Positions 48,756 to 62,504 of a stretch of 64,000 bases of DNA are shown piece after piece. A program made the translations under genes and the position numbers. Within the stretch, counting starts at the first letter, position 1, and each line of letters begins with the position of its first letter. Under the pieces are notes generated by a model, which did no database searches, was not told where the DNA came from, and worked only from the letters and a program-made list of their open reading frames with translations. The DNA is from Anthoceros angustus (lineage: Eukaryota; Plantae; Anthocerotophyta): assembly GCA_010909165.1 (NCBI GenBank), contig VJWM01000044.1, forward strand, positions 434,001 to 498,000. Reading direction: 5' to 3'.

Positions 48756-49555
48756 ATAAAAGAAGCCAAACTTTTTTGGAGAAGTTTGGTAGCGAATTAT
48801 CATAATTTTGATTGCTATGGTGAACGAGCATAATGTGATCTTGATTCGATGGCTAATGATCTCGATCTGATAACTGATGATCTTGATCTAACAGCTAAGG
48901 TTGTCTGGTAGCTAATGTTCATTTGATCTAGTAGCTAATATTGATCCGGTAGCTGATGTTACTCTGATAGCATGTTGAGTTAATCTAGCTAGTATGTATC
49001 CGATAGCTACTGATGAACCCTATGCACAGGGTAAAATTCTAAAGTTATCTTGTGACTAATGTTGAGTTGATCTTAGCAGCTGATGTTGTGCTACCTCCGG
49101 TAGGATGTTGAGTTGACCTATTAGCTGATGTTGATCCGGTAGCTGATGTTGAACCATATGAACCAGGGTAAAATGAACCATATGAACCAGGGTCATGCCA
49201 ACCTCCGGACCCAGTTGAACCAGAGTAATGCGTACCTGTGAAACACGAACCAGCGTATTATGAACCAGCGTGATAACTAAAAGGCCACAAATGCAACAGG
49301 GCTCGAGTAAGGCCAACAGTGAGAGTGAGACACACGGACAAGCCAACAGTACAGCAGGCTAGTGACGACAATACGCATGCTTGATGCTTAGATGAATTCA
49401 GTGATTCTTTGCAGCGTCCCGAGCGGTTATGCAGAAAACTACTCAAGCTGCAGGAATGTCTTAATACAAAAAGCCAGCGAGGCTTTTTCGTTTCAGCCTA
49501 GCAAGACTGAGCTAGAATTACAAGGGTATGACCAAGAACACCTAGTGATGAGGAA

Positions 49556-51854
49556 TTAAGAGGAACCTGTGTAATAGGTTGGCAACGCACCAGCTCCAGC
49601 AGCAGCTCCACCTGGTATGCCGGCCTGCCCAGCCTGGGGAGTCTGAAACGCAGCGTACGAGTACTGGGCAGGATTGTATTGCTGCGTCGTCGCCACGGCT
49701 CCGTAGGCCTGAGGAGCCGCAGCAAGGCCAGCATACGCTGTTGGTTGAGCGGCGTACGCCAGACCCGGTGTGTAGGAGAAACCTAAGGTGGGAGCCGCTT
49801 GGGCTTGAACTTGAGGCCTTGCATAATTCGTCAGATTAGGATTTGCCGCACCATAGGTAGGTTGAGCTTGAGAGGCAGCTTGTACTTGCAGACCTGACAC
49901 CTGCTGCTGTCTCTCGCGTTGCCCCTCTGCTGCCAGCTTTACAATCACATGCCTCCCCTGCAATAACACCAGAGAGGTCAGGAACCAGGACATGTTTTGA
50001 ACAAGGCGGCACGGAAGTGTGAAAACAAGCTCAAGCCCTGGGTTCCTTCACACACCTCAATGGTTTTGGAAGGGTCAGATAGAGCACGATGAGCCCCCTC
50101 CACAGTTTTGAATGTAACAAAGCCAAAGCCCCTGCACATACAGCCCATCAATACCCCAGAAGGATACACACAGACTGCAGTAAAGCAAATAGCACTGCTG
50201 TCCTTTTGGAGGAAGCATTCCCTGTCAATCCCCACCTGGACTTGTTTGTATTCTTGTCATACGCAACTGCACCTTCTTCAATTTCTCCAAACTGAGAGAA
50301 GAGGTTAAGCAGCGTATCACTTGATGTGTCATAAGACAAACCACCAATGTACAGCTTCCTTTGGGCTTGATCAACAGACGAGGTTCCTGTTGTGCTGCCA
50401 GTCGACGCCAAGTTGCAGACAGTAATCCTTCCCTGACATGCCCAAAACCCAAACCAGCTGAAGCATAGAACCGGCAATGCACACATCTAAAGATATCTCA
50501 TGCACATGGCCTACAAACGTTGACACTTACATCAATATTCTTGCTTGGTTCTTTCAAAGCTCTCTGTGCAGAATCCATATGCTTAAAAGTGATAAACCCA
50601 AAACCTCTCGACTTCCCAGTTTGTTTGTCAGTGATAACCGCTCCCTCTTCAATCTCCCCATACTGCTGAAAGGCCTGGACACAATACAGTTGAGATGAAG
50701 TTAGTCCTCTGCTCCAGCTCTAATCTGTTGCAAACTACTCTATCTATGCCTGGTAGTCCATGAACTGCTGGAGGGTCTTCCCGAATGTCAAGGCTTCCAT
50801 GAACTTGCTGACAACATCCTGGAATTCCATTACCAATTCTCAGGCAGCAATGTCCCCTTCAATTGTCAGTCACCTCTGGTGCACTCAGCAATTCATGGAC
50901 AGTCCCAGGGTGCGCACATGAATGCATAAACATGAAAAAACCACAGTTGCACTAGTTCACAATAGCCCATCAACAATTGACAATCAATCAATCAGCCATG
51001 CACTCACATCACGCAGAGCCTGTGAAGTGGTCTCCCAAGCCAGGCCACGCACAAACAGCTTCCGGTGAGCAGGATCCTTGCTTGCAATATCTCTAATATC
51101 ATCGGCAACCGCAGTGAATTGAAAACCTCTGCAGAATACACGCCAAACCACAGGCATTCCCAGTCAATCCAAACATAAACACTAAAAGCCAAGGTCCACC
51201 GCTTCTTCCACAGAAAGCCACAATCAGGGCCATCCAGAATCTGTCGATCTGCCACATCCAGCCAGCTTCTCCTCAGAGCATAAGACAAACGTAGTTCAGA
51301 GCACCTAAATAAATCACAAAGAAAGGGAGGCGTGTCGGGGACGGGGGGCACCCAATCACTCTCTTCAAGGTCAAGCCCACCAACAGGGCTGTTCATTCAA
51401 ACCTAATCCGGGTCAACCCTGCACCGCTGAGGTCCGTAACAACCCCGACAACACCATGGCCAGGGTAACATCACAGCCGCATCCCTCCGGCAGCGGAGGC
51501 AACTCCTGATGAGGAGCAGGTGCCGTCACTCTGCATAGGGGATGTGCAGGATGCGGGGATGGAGGGAGGGCGGGGGTAGGGAGAGGGGAGGACGGCTCTC
51601 ACGAAACACAAGGAGTCAGGGTCCAATGGCGGTGGCAACCGACCGAACACCTAGCCACATGACGCCCAGCCAGACCTACAGTCGCATCAAATAACGCAAC
51701 AGCGGAAAACTTGGCAAACTTACGCTTTGGCCAGAAGACCAATCAGCTGCTCTTTGCTGAGGGGTTCCAACAGCTTCTTCAACTCCTCCTCCGAAAGCAG
51801 CACAGAAGAACCATTACTTTCCTCACTCAGCTTCCTCTTCTTCGTCTCCTCACC
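49556..51854 (-). CDS. UBA2: UBP1-associated protein 2-like two-RRM RNA-binding protein
   Basis: MVRTKKRKLSEE, DPAHRKLFVRGLAWETT, KSRGFGFITF, QRKLYIGGLSYDT, GFGFVTF and an Ala/Gln/Tyr-rich tail are present. Confidence 0.9.
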
Positions 51855-52661
51855 ATGTGCGTACGGTGCAGAATACTCCATGATCAGTCCCACAGCATCA
51901 ATGGATGAGCAAGACCGTGCCTGCTCTGAGCTCTTCTATGGTCACCGAGCTGGAGCCACCACCTGAGACTGAAAGGACCCCTCGTTTGCAATTTCGACAC
52001 CTCCGTCGGGGACAAGCGCTCAGATGGCTCTCGGTATCCTCCGGCTGAGGGGAAACAATCGCGTATGACGGCGGCTCGTGCCCCCTTCTGCCCTAATCTC
52101 TGCCGGTCCACGCCGGTCAAAACTTGGAGAACTTGTAACGAAGGGTAATGTCAAGCCTTAATCACCTTTCACTCAAACATACTGCAGACTTGAAGGTTGT
52201 GCACGAATATATATAGGCAGGCTGTTACTCTCTATTTAGTAATATTTATTAATATAGCTATATAGTAAACTTTGTATAGACAGCTCTTCTCCTTATCTTA
52301 ATCAGTTCTATTTTAAATAAAATTATCAAATATATATTATATATTTACATAGGTTCAATTAAATATAATATTTACTTGACGAGCACACTAACAAGAACTA
52401 GACCACTAAGAGTTCTAAAGACTTCTATATATAATATATAATATTGATATTTTATGTATGTATATTTTTTCAAGGAAGAAATCAAATTTTCATAGTCAAC
52501 AACATCAAGTTAAAGTTGAGGTGATATATAACAGTATCATAGATAAAGTTCCTTACACAAAAGATTGAGCACATTCTTATTTTCGCTTATGTGGATGCAT
52601 TTTGCGATTTGGAAAGTAAGTTCCTTCAAAAATTGAAAATCTCCTCAGCAACAATCCATTT

Positions 52662-52929
52662 AGCCCCCAAACTAAAGTTCATCACACTAAACTATTGTTC
52701 TAGATCAGCCCCCAAACTAAAGTTCATCACACTAAACTATTGTTCTAGATCAGCCCCCAAACTAAAGTTCATCACACTAAACTATTGTTCTAGATCAGCC
52801 CCCAAACTAAAGTTCATCACACTAAACTATTGTTCTAGATCAGCCCCCAAACTAAAGTTCATCACACTAAACTATTATTCTAGATCAGCCCCCAAACTAA
52901 AGTTCATCACACTAAACTATTGTTCTAGA
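52662..52929. repeat. 45-bp minisatellite, six near-identical copies
   Basis: AGCCCCCAAACTAAAGTTCATCACACTAAACTATTGTTCTAGATC x6, with one G>A variant. Confidence 0.97.
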
Positions 52930-53769
52930 ACCGTCCATCCAGCCCCCAGCAATGTTCATCACACCCAATCAGTGTTGATCATAAGACATTTGCCAATAGT
53001 CCCACATCTGTACATTCAATAGCACTTAAGGTAGTCAAATTAACTATTGATCAATTGTACCTCTTTCGCCACATGTTGAGGATTTTGGGCAAACATTATT
53101 GGTCGTCTCTGTATAGACCCTACTGTTTGCGATTGCTTTGTTGATTGCATCGGGGTTACCACATGCTCTGGAAAATTTCACTTCATCTTCTTTAGACTTC
53201 AAATTCACTTGGTGTTTGCTGCATCAGGACAGAGTCAAACATTTTGTTGAGAAAATATGACAAAATAGCAATCAAACATGACATATATAGCCGCAATCAA
53301 ACACGACATTCAACACCAGTCAGGTATTCACTTTATAGGGATTCCAAAAATTTGTCCTTTAGTGGTAACCGTGCCCTTAAGCTCCTTCCTAGTCTCCTCC
53401 AGCATTCCGCTCTGGCTCTCCATTTGCATCTTATGCAGCTGCAAGGACTGTTTCTCTGTCCATTTGAATCTTGTTCAATTGCTTATGAACTTTGCTTTGC
53501 TTTCCAAGGTTCTTCTCGCCAACCTCCTCGACTTCCCCGACCTAATTGCCATGGACCTGCTGTCATTCATGCGACACCTCAAAGACAGCTGCTTCCTCTG
53601 CCTCCCCCTGTGTCCACATACCTTATCGTACACTTCCCAATGCAACATACTAAATGCAAGGCTTCGATAGAAATATCGGCCCCGCACTCTCAGACCATTC
53701 ATAGAGAGCTCTTTTAAAGTCGATCACGCTATTTTCAAAGTCAAAGGTGGATTTCGCATTATTTGGAAT

Positions 53770-55740
53770 AGTCCATGTTCATTTCATTTACAAGGGACCC
53801 CAGGCGATCCTCGAGTCTCACCCACATTGGGTTGCTCTATAGGTAGATGTTGAGAATGCCTTCAACACTGTGTCTAGCGCTTTCATTTTCTCGGAACTCA
53901 AGGATGCAGGTGGGCATCTAGCGGGCCTCATTCCATTTGTTCGCTCCTTCTACAATTCTCCATCCAATCTCTACTATCAACATGGTCTAGCTACGGAAGG
54001 CGTTTCGGTTCTCCACTCGGCGACGGGCACAAGGCAAGGGAATCCATTGGGAGGTGCCCTCTTCGCCATGGTGCACTGTGTCCTTCTGACCTCTGATTCG
54101 GGAGCCTTTTCCCATCCGTGGTGGCACGATATCCTCGGGCTAGGGGACAAGGTGAGGGCTGCCTTTGATCTCTTCTCCTTTGAGCTCTCCCGTATGGGAT
54201 TAAGGGTCAACATCAATAAGTGCAGGGTGTAGTCCCCTTCCGACAATACACCCCCTCTTCACTATCCAGGGGGGGATATTATTTCTCCGCAAGGGCTTCG
54301 GGTCCTCGGAGTTCCGCTGGGTCCCCCTGACTTTATTCAAGGGTTTGTGGACGTTGCTCTAGAAGAAGATGTGGCTCACATTGGGGACCTTTCACAAATT
54401 GGGGACCCTCAGGTTGCGTTTGGTATTTTGTCTTCCTGCTTCGCGCGTCGACCAGGTTATCTTACTAGGACAGTTGCTCCATCCCTTGCCTTTTTATCAA
54501 GCTTGAGGCATTTTGATAGGCAGGTTATGCAGGCGCTTGGGGACATTATAGGTCCCGGCACCTTCGAATGCACCGACGGTGATATCATTGCCAGTGGCCT
54601 TTGGAGGCACTGGCTTGTTGGCCATGGAGGCCTCAGCTCCGGCAGCTTTCCTCGGGAGTTGGGCCCTCTCTGCCCTAATTTTGGCCTCTCAATTCTTAAT
54701 GCAGGACTCCCCCCTTTTGGAAGCCTTCGTCTCGAGTGTTAAGGAGGGGGCCTTCCCCTTGCAGGTCTCTCTTAGGCGAGCTAGGGACTCCCTTTCCTCA
54801 GAGGCTAGGGAAGCCATGCCTCCTTATTCCTCTTTCTCTAAGGAAGGGTTGCATGGCCTTCAAACCTCTCTCCAGGAGAAGCAATATTTACACGCGCAAA
54901 GGGCCCTCCTTCTGGACTCCTCCATTCCTAGGTCTTTGCGGGCCCGCCTGCGTTCCTGCTCAAGGAAGGGGGCAAGCTCCTGGCTTTTGGCTCGGCCTTG
55001 CATTCCGGCGTTCCGAATCGCACCAGCGTCCTTTTCGACCGCGATGAGGGTCCGCCTCGGTTTGGCTCATCCTCTGGCCTCTTCTCTTTCCACGTGCAGT
55101 TGTGGAGCTGCCATCGACGATTCCGGATCCCATTTGGTACGTATTGCTACGCATGACGCCGTTTGCGACGTCATGTTTTCGATAACTATGGAGAGCGGAT
55201 TTTTTCCGTACCGAGAGGGCCCATATACATTGCGTAATGGCGTGTCACTCACGGCGGACCTTTTTTATACTAGGGGGAGCAAATTTATATAGCTGATGTG
55301 GTTGTTACAGATCCCACGAGAGACTCTATAAGCGAGCATGTCAGCATCAATCCTCCGAGCTGGGCGGCGGAAGGATGCGCAACCAGCAAGACTCACAAGT
55401 ACTCTCCTATATAAGACGACCATGTTTTCATCCCCTCGCCCTCGAGACTCATGGGGCTATGGGCAGGGACTTCTCTAGGTTAATTAAGGAGTGTGCAAAA
55501 GCCTATCATAGCCATAGGAATTGGAGGGGCCTCCCCCTTTCCTCCGTGGTGGCTTTCTTTCGCCAGTGGGTTTCCATGGCTCTGCAGAAAGCGTTGGCTA
55601 ACGCTGTTTATAGGACGGCTACGTGCGCAGGACTAGCGGCTTCTTCGGCACCGGTGGTAGGTAGGCCCTTCATCATCCCTGATCATGATATCATTGGTGC
55701 AGTAGGTAGTTACGGGAAAGGCATTCGAGGGGACTAGGAC
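53770..55740 (+). mobile_element. Degenerate CRE-like non-LTR retrotransposon (RT plus C-terminal restriction-like endonuclease)
   Basis: AILESHPHWVAL*VDVENAFN, GTRQGNPLGGALFA, MGLRVNINKC, LRVLGVPLG, SLPVAFGGTG, ASSWLLARP, MRVRLG, CSCG..ID..GSH, LTADL, IADVVVTDP and FHPLALETHGAMG are present, interrupted by stops, frameshifts and deletions. Confidence 0.8.
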
Positions 55741-56538
55741 TTCCCCTTTTACTACTAGCCCTTTTTGGGTTGTTCCTCCTCGGTCTTCAAGGATAGATGG
55801 GATTCCCCATCTCGCCTATTAATAACGTCTACTCTTCTCTTTAATATGTATGTGGTCCGTCTTAGTTGAAGACCATGCAAACAAGACTACTTAAACTCCT
55901 AATCTAGTTAAGATTAATATTTAGATTTTAAAAAATAAATAATATTATATAAAATAGTAATCAGATATAATTATTTAATTTATAATCACTGTCAGTCAGT
56001 CGAATATTCATACATTCACTGCACCTCAAAGCTCTAGCTGGCATACTACAATATGTATAGACTAGAATGAATAGGTATAGAGTTATCTTCCCCATTCTAT
56101 GGCCACCGGCAGTCCCATAACGCTCTCCATGGCAGACCTCCCGCCAGGGATTCCACCCCTCGTAACACGCAGCCCACGAATGTATGCTATGCTTTTTTCT
56201 CCCTCCAGAAACGGCCCAGGGTATGACAAGCAAGGCTCCTGGGCATTAGCAGTGATAACCTAGTCCAGGGTTGGACGAAACGGGGTTGCTGACAAAGGAC
56301 GGCCAATGCGCAAGGGTTCTTGAAAGGGAACGAACGGCACAGAAAGGAAAGGCCGGGCAAGGCACAAGGCACACGGCACACGGCATTGCTTGTTTGCTGC
56401 CGTCCCGAGTTGGGGACGATAGACTCCTTGGGTGAGTTTTTCTGCGTGAGACTACCATATTTAATTGAATCGAGAGAATCGAATCCGCGACAGGCAAAAC
56501 ATCCCGGCAAGAGAATGATATGCAAATACAATGGGGCT

Positions 56539-59160
56539 TTATGAGGAGGAAATCTTGTCGAGATCAGATTCTGCAGGTACCACATACACTTCGTCCCATT
56601 CCGCGTCTACTTCAGAGTCATCTTCGTCGGTGCTGTATTCCGGCGTGTCCGGAACCTGAGCATCGTCTGGGATGTAACCTCGCTCGGCAGCTTGCACTCT
56701 TTGGGCAAAGATGGAGTCACTGCATGCCAGCATGTACCTCAAGCTGAACTTGAGACCTTTCTGAGAGAGAAGCTTATGTCTTGGGATTATTCTTGACGGC
56801 AAGGAGTAGCTGAAGTACCTGCATCACACGGGGACTTTGCTGGTGAGCCCAGTCTTGAGAAATAACAGGTTGCAGACAAGGGTGCACCGGAGTACCTTGG
56901 AAACGCAACTAACTCTTCCATGGGCCGGAGCATCACCCGCTTGAGGTAGCGGTACTTCGGATGAATTACAGGGTAGTTGTACTTTAGAAGCATGGGGAAG
57001 TTGGCCACCATGGGACCCAGCCGACTGCGTTTGATCCCAATGTACCAGAAGAACTTGACGATAGGTTCCAGCTTCTTTGAGATGCTGTTGCCGAAAAGGT
57101 CTGGCCGAGTGGCTACAACCTTCCCCACATCCTGCTCAGAGACTCCCACGTTTTCCAGCAGGAAACGCACCTGAGTTGCTCACAAACAACATGCAAACTG
57201 CACACGGTCAGTTTGGTAGCAGACAACAGCACCAAAACTGTCAGTGTGATTACTATGCTAACCAATGGACGGATCTTCTTGTCGAGGCTGTAGCTGAAGA
57301 AGGCAGGAAACTTCACAAGCACCTGCCCTATCGCCTCCTCGTGAACACCTATGGCTCTCAGAAACCGCACCTTCCAAAGACATATGTGATGTCAGTTCCC
57401 TGTGGAGCCTGGTGGGTACGGACTTCCAGCACAGGTTCCTCCTGTTTGGCATGGCAAGGCAGAGAGCAAGATCCAGCTGAGATAGTTGCAACCTGGGGCG
57501 TGCACTGTACTGACCTTCGGCGCTATGTTAGCTTCTATGTTGAGACAAAAGACGGCAGGATTGCACGCAAGAATCCTCCTGATGCCAAAGATGTCAATGC
57601 CAAGATAATAGAAATACTTGATCAGGGGTGTCCATCCATCCTCCACGCTGCAAGCTAAGAGCTGGGGTCTTTCTGCAATTACTCTTGCAACTGCAGCATC
57701 ATCGCAGAGTATGCCTGTCAGACAAGCAACCTGCAAGATGATCAAAACTGGGAACCTAAATCTTACTGGCACGAAAAAACACTAGCTGCTAGCTGCAGAA
57801 GGAGGCTTTCCTCAAGTTAAGAAGACTGCTAACCTTGGGGCGAACTTCTTCCACCGTCATTTTGCCAAGAGCTGCTGGGAAGTTGAACACCATGGCACCA
57901 TATTTCTCAGGGCTCATTCCCAGCTGCCGGAAAAACTCTACCCTCTCGTACAACTCCTGCCTGCTTACAGCCAACACCCCTGGCGTTCTGCCTATCACCA
58001 TTCCCATCCATTCCCTTTTGACCCCAGCTTGTTCAAGCATGGCTACAGTTGCCTCAAGTTCGTCCACCGGGGAGGTCAACACACGGGGCACTCTGGTGAG
58101 AACCACCCCAAGGTCTCTTCCTTTCACGTGGACACTCTTGAGCCACTCTAGCCTTGGTCCAATGACGTCTAACCGGTCACCAGCTATGCATACCAAGTAC
58201 CCGATTCGAGGAAACGTGATACCACTGTGCTTCAACTTTCTACAAACGAAAGAGGCGGGTGCAACTGTGTCAACACATTCTTCGTCAACCAAGAAATGCA
58301 TGAACCCAAAGCTGCAAACCGTCCCTCTACCTTATCAAAGGGATCACTCCAGTTTGGGCAACGTAAGCCTTAGCTCGTTGCTTGAAATCGAGTCCCTTGT
58401 ACTGCGGGTGCTTCTTCAAGCCCACCGCTTCAACAATCACCTGGTCGATGAACGAGGGCATCGTGGGCACCACCTCGTCAGTGTAGGTGGGACTGAATTT
58501 CGCCTCCAGCATGGATTTCTTCAGCACTTCGACAACGTTGTCCCTCCGCACCTTCAAATATTTCCTCAAATACACCTCCTCTTTGTCAGTCTTCTCGATC
58601 TTGTTGTTGTTGATGAGGTCCCGGGCATCAACACTGAACAGAATGTCATCGTGAGTCTGCCTTTTCAACTTCTGGATGAGTGGCGGGGATTCCAGCTTCG
58701 ACGAAGACTCCTCCCACCTCCTAAGTGCAGCTTTGGAATTGGCTTCCTGGGCCCTCCTCTGCTTCAAGAGCTTACCCATGGCGGTCATTATCTCGCCTTC
58801 TTCAGCTGCCGACACCGACCCACTGGTGGACAGTTCATCCCGGTCAGAATGCACTGCGGCAGCGTGGCGGCCGCTGAGGTAACCTGTGAGCGCATCCTTT
58901 CTGGCGCTCTCTAGATTACCACCGTTTCCCGCAGCTCTGCATCCTCTCCATGTGCCCGAGACGCGCGACACGGCTTCATTCTTCGCGCCAACAGTTACAG
59001 CAAGCCAAGAGCAGTGCATGCTGCCCAACATCTCGGATGTCTTGAAACCGGGCCCGCAACATGAGAACGATTCCCCTGGCCTCGGCAGGAACGCATGCTG
59101 CACAGCACTTTGGCTCAATCTCTGGCAACCGAAGCAGCCAGGATATTGCACAAGCTCCAT
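56539..59160 (-). CDS. mTERF2: Plastid mTERF protein, mTERF2/EMB2219-like, multi-exon
   Basis: PLIR|WLKHSGITFPRIG, LEWLKSVHVKG, WTPLIKYFYYLGI, IHPKYRYLKRVMLRP and RIIPRHKLL..KFSLRYMLACSD with an acidic tail follow the same order as Arabidopsis EMB2219. Confidence 0.88.
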
Positions 59161-59756
59161 TCCAAGGCACCGGACACGAAGTCTCCAGAGCTAAGAGAGA
59201 GGGGTGCAAATCTGCATGGTTCCGAAAGTCGAAACGCACGTGGGCAAGCGAACGGATTGGACGTGGAATGGCAGCTGCGGCTGCAGAACGTTAAAATGGG
59301 AGGGAACTCGTGTCTGGAATGTGGTCTGTGGAGAGTGCACTGAAGAGAGAAAATACACATGCACGCTTTATGCGAATGAAATCTGGCACCTGAAGAACGA
59401 ATCACTGGTTCCACCTAAAAGTATCATCAGTTCAGCCTGAATGGTACAGCACCCAGAACTCAGAAAGTACAACCTGTTTGGTTGATTTGGATCAGCTCAG
59501 ACTGGCCCATGAATGTGCTGAGCATCCTATCCGGGTTCAGCCACGACCTTATGCAACATGTTTATCTTCCCTGCAAACCCACATGAAACCCCAATAGAGC
59601 TGCACAAAGACTCCAAGCAGCCCTCACGACAATGTAGATCCAATATGTACAAAATCCTAAGAGATATACTCACGATACTGACTAACTACTCGCAAGCATC
59701 AAACGACCTCCCTTTACATCATAGATTATGGCAACCGCGTTCTGTATTACACTCCA

Positions 59757-60807
59757 TCAGTTGCTCTCGCTGAATTGCATTTCCTGCAAGGAGACCACAA
59801 AACAAGGTTAACCGACTGGAGGACAAACTCTTTGATGATGTCGTCTGATGACAATCACAAGAGAGGTCTGGACATGTACGGCAGTTCATGAAACTGGAAG
59901 GACCAAAACATACCTTCCCGCAGACAGGGCAGTGCTTGCTCCGTTCTTGCCATTCGAAAATGCAACTGAGATGGAAATGATGTCCGCAGGACGTAGGTAT
60001 TTTTGGATTTTCTGAGTTGTAGCCTGCACACACGCATGAAGAGATTGGTTCCCTGTGGAAAGACACCAAGACTGCAAAAGACAACTACATGATAGGATGG
60101 GTGGATGCACACCGTCAAGGCAGGTTGGGCAAATCTCTTCATCATCTGCGAGTGACTGGAAGGACTCCACCTTGGAAATGGGACGTTTTTCTGGCGAGTC
60201 CGGTCTGAAGCTTTGACTCTGATCATCACAGTCAGACGCAATCCTGCTTCTCTGCAGTGTTGTCAAGGCTTCCCCACCTCCATCTCCACTGCCCCGACGC
60301 AATGGTTCACCTTCACTTGCATGCTGATAACTCATGGAGCTCTTGTCACGCCTAGAAACCAACCCGTCCCGAGGTGGTCGAAGGTAGCGAGGGTCTGCAT
60401 CATAAGGCAAGGGCCTGGGCGGGGCCCGGAATGTGTCTGGAACAGCACTATCCAGAGACGTCGTACTTAACAGTCCTGCTGACGGAGAACTTGAAACAAT
60501 TTGAATAGGGGATGATGACCCATCCCTTCCTTCTGCTTGATCAAAAATAGCTGTATACTGCCACCACCAGCACAAGACGGGGACAGCAACTCATCAATCC
60601 CAATCCCCACATCTCCAAGAACTGAACCAAGACATGCAAGACAAGCTGCTCGACCTCAGCCCGGCTTCAGGGCCGAGAATTTACCAGTCTGAGAACCCAT
60701 CGAACACAACACCGAAGACAGAGACAATTCTGGTACAAACACCCATTCGGATAGCCTGTGTACTCTTCAAAGTCCTCGGCTGACGGGCAGCAGCACAAGG
60801 CACCCAT
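59757..60807 (-). CDS. RING-H2 E3 ubiquitin ligase (RHB1A-like, MGxxCCC N-terminus)
   Basis: MGALCCCPS.., DTFRAPPRPLPYDADPRY and DEEICPTCLD|GYNSENPKIPTSCGHHFHLSCIFEWQERSKHCPVCGK are present. Confidence 0.92.
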
Positions 60808-62504
60808 GCTGATGCCTGGAATATCTGCCCACCCTCTATCCCTTGTCCTCGAGCTACAGTCTCAGTCCAAGTCTTGTGATTATTCCCACAATAACTTACG
60901 GAGCTTCTGGCAGTAAGAAGAAGGAGAATGCTCCCCCTACCCGAGAGACGGAATGTTCTGCGAAGACGGAAAAGAGGCTAGACCACCAGGGCTAGTTACG
61001 TCAGTGGCCATCATCCGAGACCCTGCCAATTCCCACCTGCAACACCAAGCCCTGCTCAGCTCCGTGACCTAGCACCCTGCTAGATGCTAATTGCAGCACC
61101 ATTCATGCACACAGCTTAGAAGGACACAAGAATAGCAAATGCCCTCACCCTGTGCACGTCCAGAGGACTCAATTCCCGCCCACACGCATCGTTAAACTCC
61201 CCGAGTGCCCCCACCAGCACCATAGCTCACGCCCCTCGCTGGGTCCTAGGAAAAGATATAATCCCTCAGCCCACACCACATCTCTACAGATATATATCTG
61301 TCCTCTTCCAACAGCGCTACCAGTATAATAGTGGCACCGCCGAGGCGAGTGAGTATGTCGTCACCTCTTGCATGTTACTCCCACCTGCGATCACTCTTGC
61401 ATATATAGGCAAACACACGCGCTTTGCAGCTGCTTCGCGGTATTACTTTTTCCTTTTCAGCGCATTGTGTTTAGCAAGACCAACACTCCCTAAAACCGAC
61501 AAAAACGGACATGTAGATACGATATGCCCTGGCTAAATATGTCAACTTGCTCACCATGTAACTATGCACTTGCTAATCTGTGTAGCTACTTATTTGTATT
61601 ATATTTATCAAGAATATTAGGTACCTTTATGAGTTTTGAAGGAATGGTTTTCTATGTACTTGTTAATTTTGAATTTTTTAATATATTTTTTAAATTTATT
61701 TAATATATTTATTTAATATATTAAAATTAATTATATTTATTATTAATATTATATACACTTAGATGTACTTCTTTCATATTATCTATATCCAAGTATAAAG
61801 GTGTTAACCAATAGACAATTTTGTTGCTTATGTTTTGTTGTAGTTCTTTTGGTTGAGCTGGGTGGTTGGTGAATTTAGATGGACAGGAATACTACCTAGT
61901 CGTTTGGTTGAGCTGAGTGATTGGTGAATATAGATGGATTAGAACACTACCTGGTTAAATTATACCTGAGGAATAGGGAATAAGAATATACACTAGCTTG
62001 ATGACTCTAAGGAAGACATCAAAAGTTCTTCTATCTTATCCACATATCTTTGAGTAGAAATTGAAGTTCACTAGACAAGGATCTACTATTCTTGGATGAT
62101 GCTCTTTGTTTCTTGTTCTATTATGCTTGGTCTTTAGTAGGATCTGTGTGCCATGTGTTATGATACGTTCTTTATCCTACTATATAGTCCTTAGTAGGTT
62201 CTTAGTATGATTAAATCATATAAAATATAAATATTTGACTTAATTATTTACCTTTAAAAAGTATATATCTACTTATATAAAATATATATCTTATATATAA
62301 GATTTTTGATACTATATTTTAAAATATAGAGCCAAACGAATTGACCTTTTATGTTCAGCTGGAATGGGTAGTTTAATTCTTTACGAGAGGACGGGGTCTA
62401 CATTCCATTCCAAGGGACTGGTGCAGGTTATACATAGGTGTATTTTGTTTGCCTGAAGGCCCGGAGCTGATATTCCGCGCTTGACCGATTTCGTGAATCG
62501 TCCG

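Noticed and set aside
51478-51610. Hammerhead-ribozyme-like motif (hairpin, CTGATGA, stem, CGAAAC) in a UBA2 intron, + strand
   Set aside because: A 6-nt gap separates the putative stem I from CUGAUGA, stem II is interrupted at its second pair, and stem III cannot form beyond the first pair.
52662-52929. CRISPR-like array (also considered for the 41-, 89- and 95-bp repeats)
   Set aside because: The units are contiguous with no unique spacers, there are no cas genes, and the context is eukaryotic.
56430-56495. tRNA-like T-loop (GGATTCGATTCTC on the minus strand)
   Set aside because: No acceptor, D or anticodon stems could be formed.
61848-61955. Approximately 55-bp diverged duplication in an AT-rich spacer
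   Set aside because: An ordinary two-copy local duplication with no further structure.
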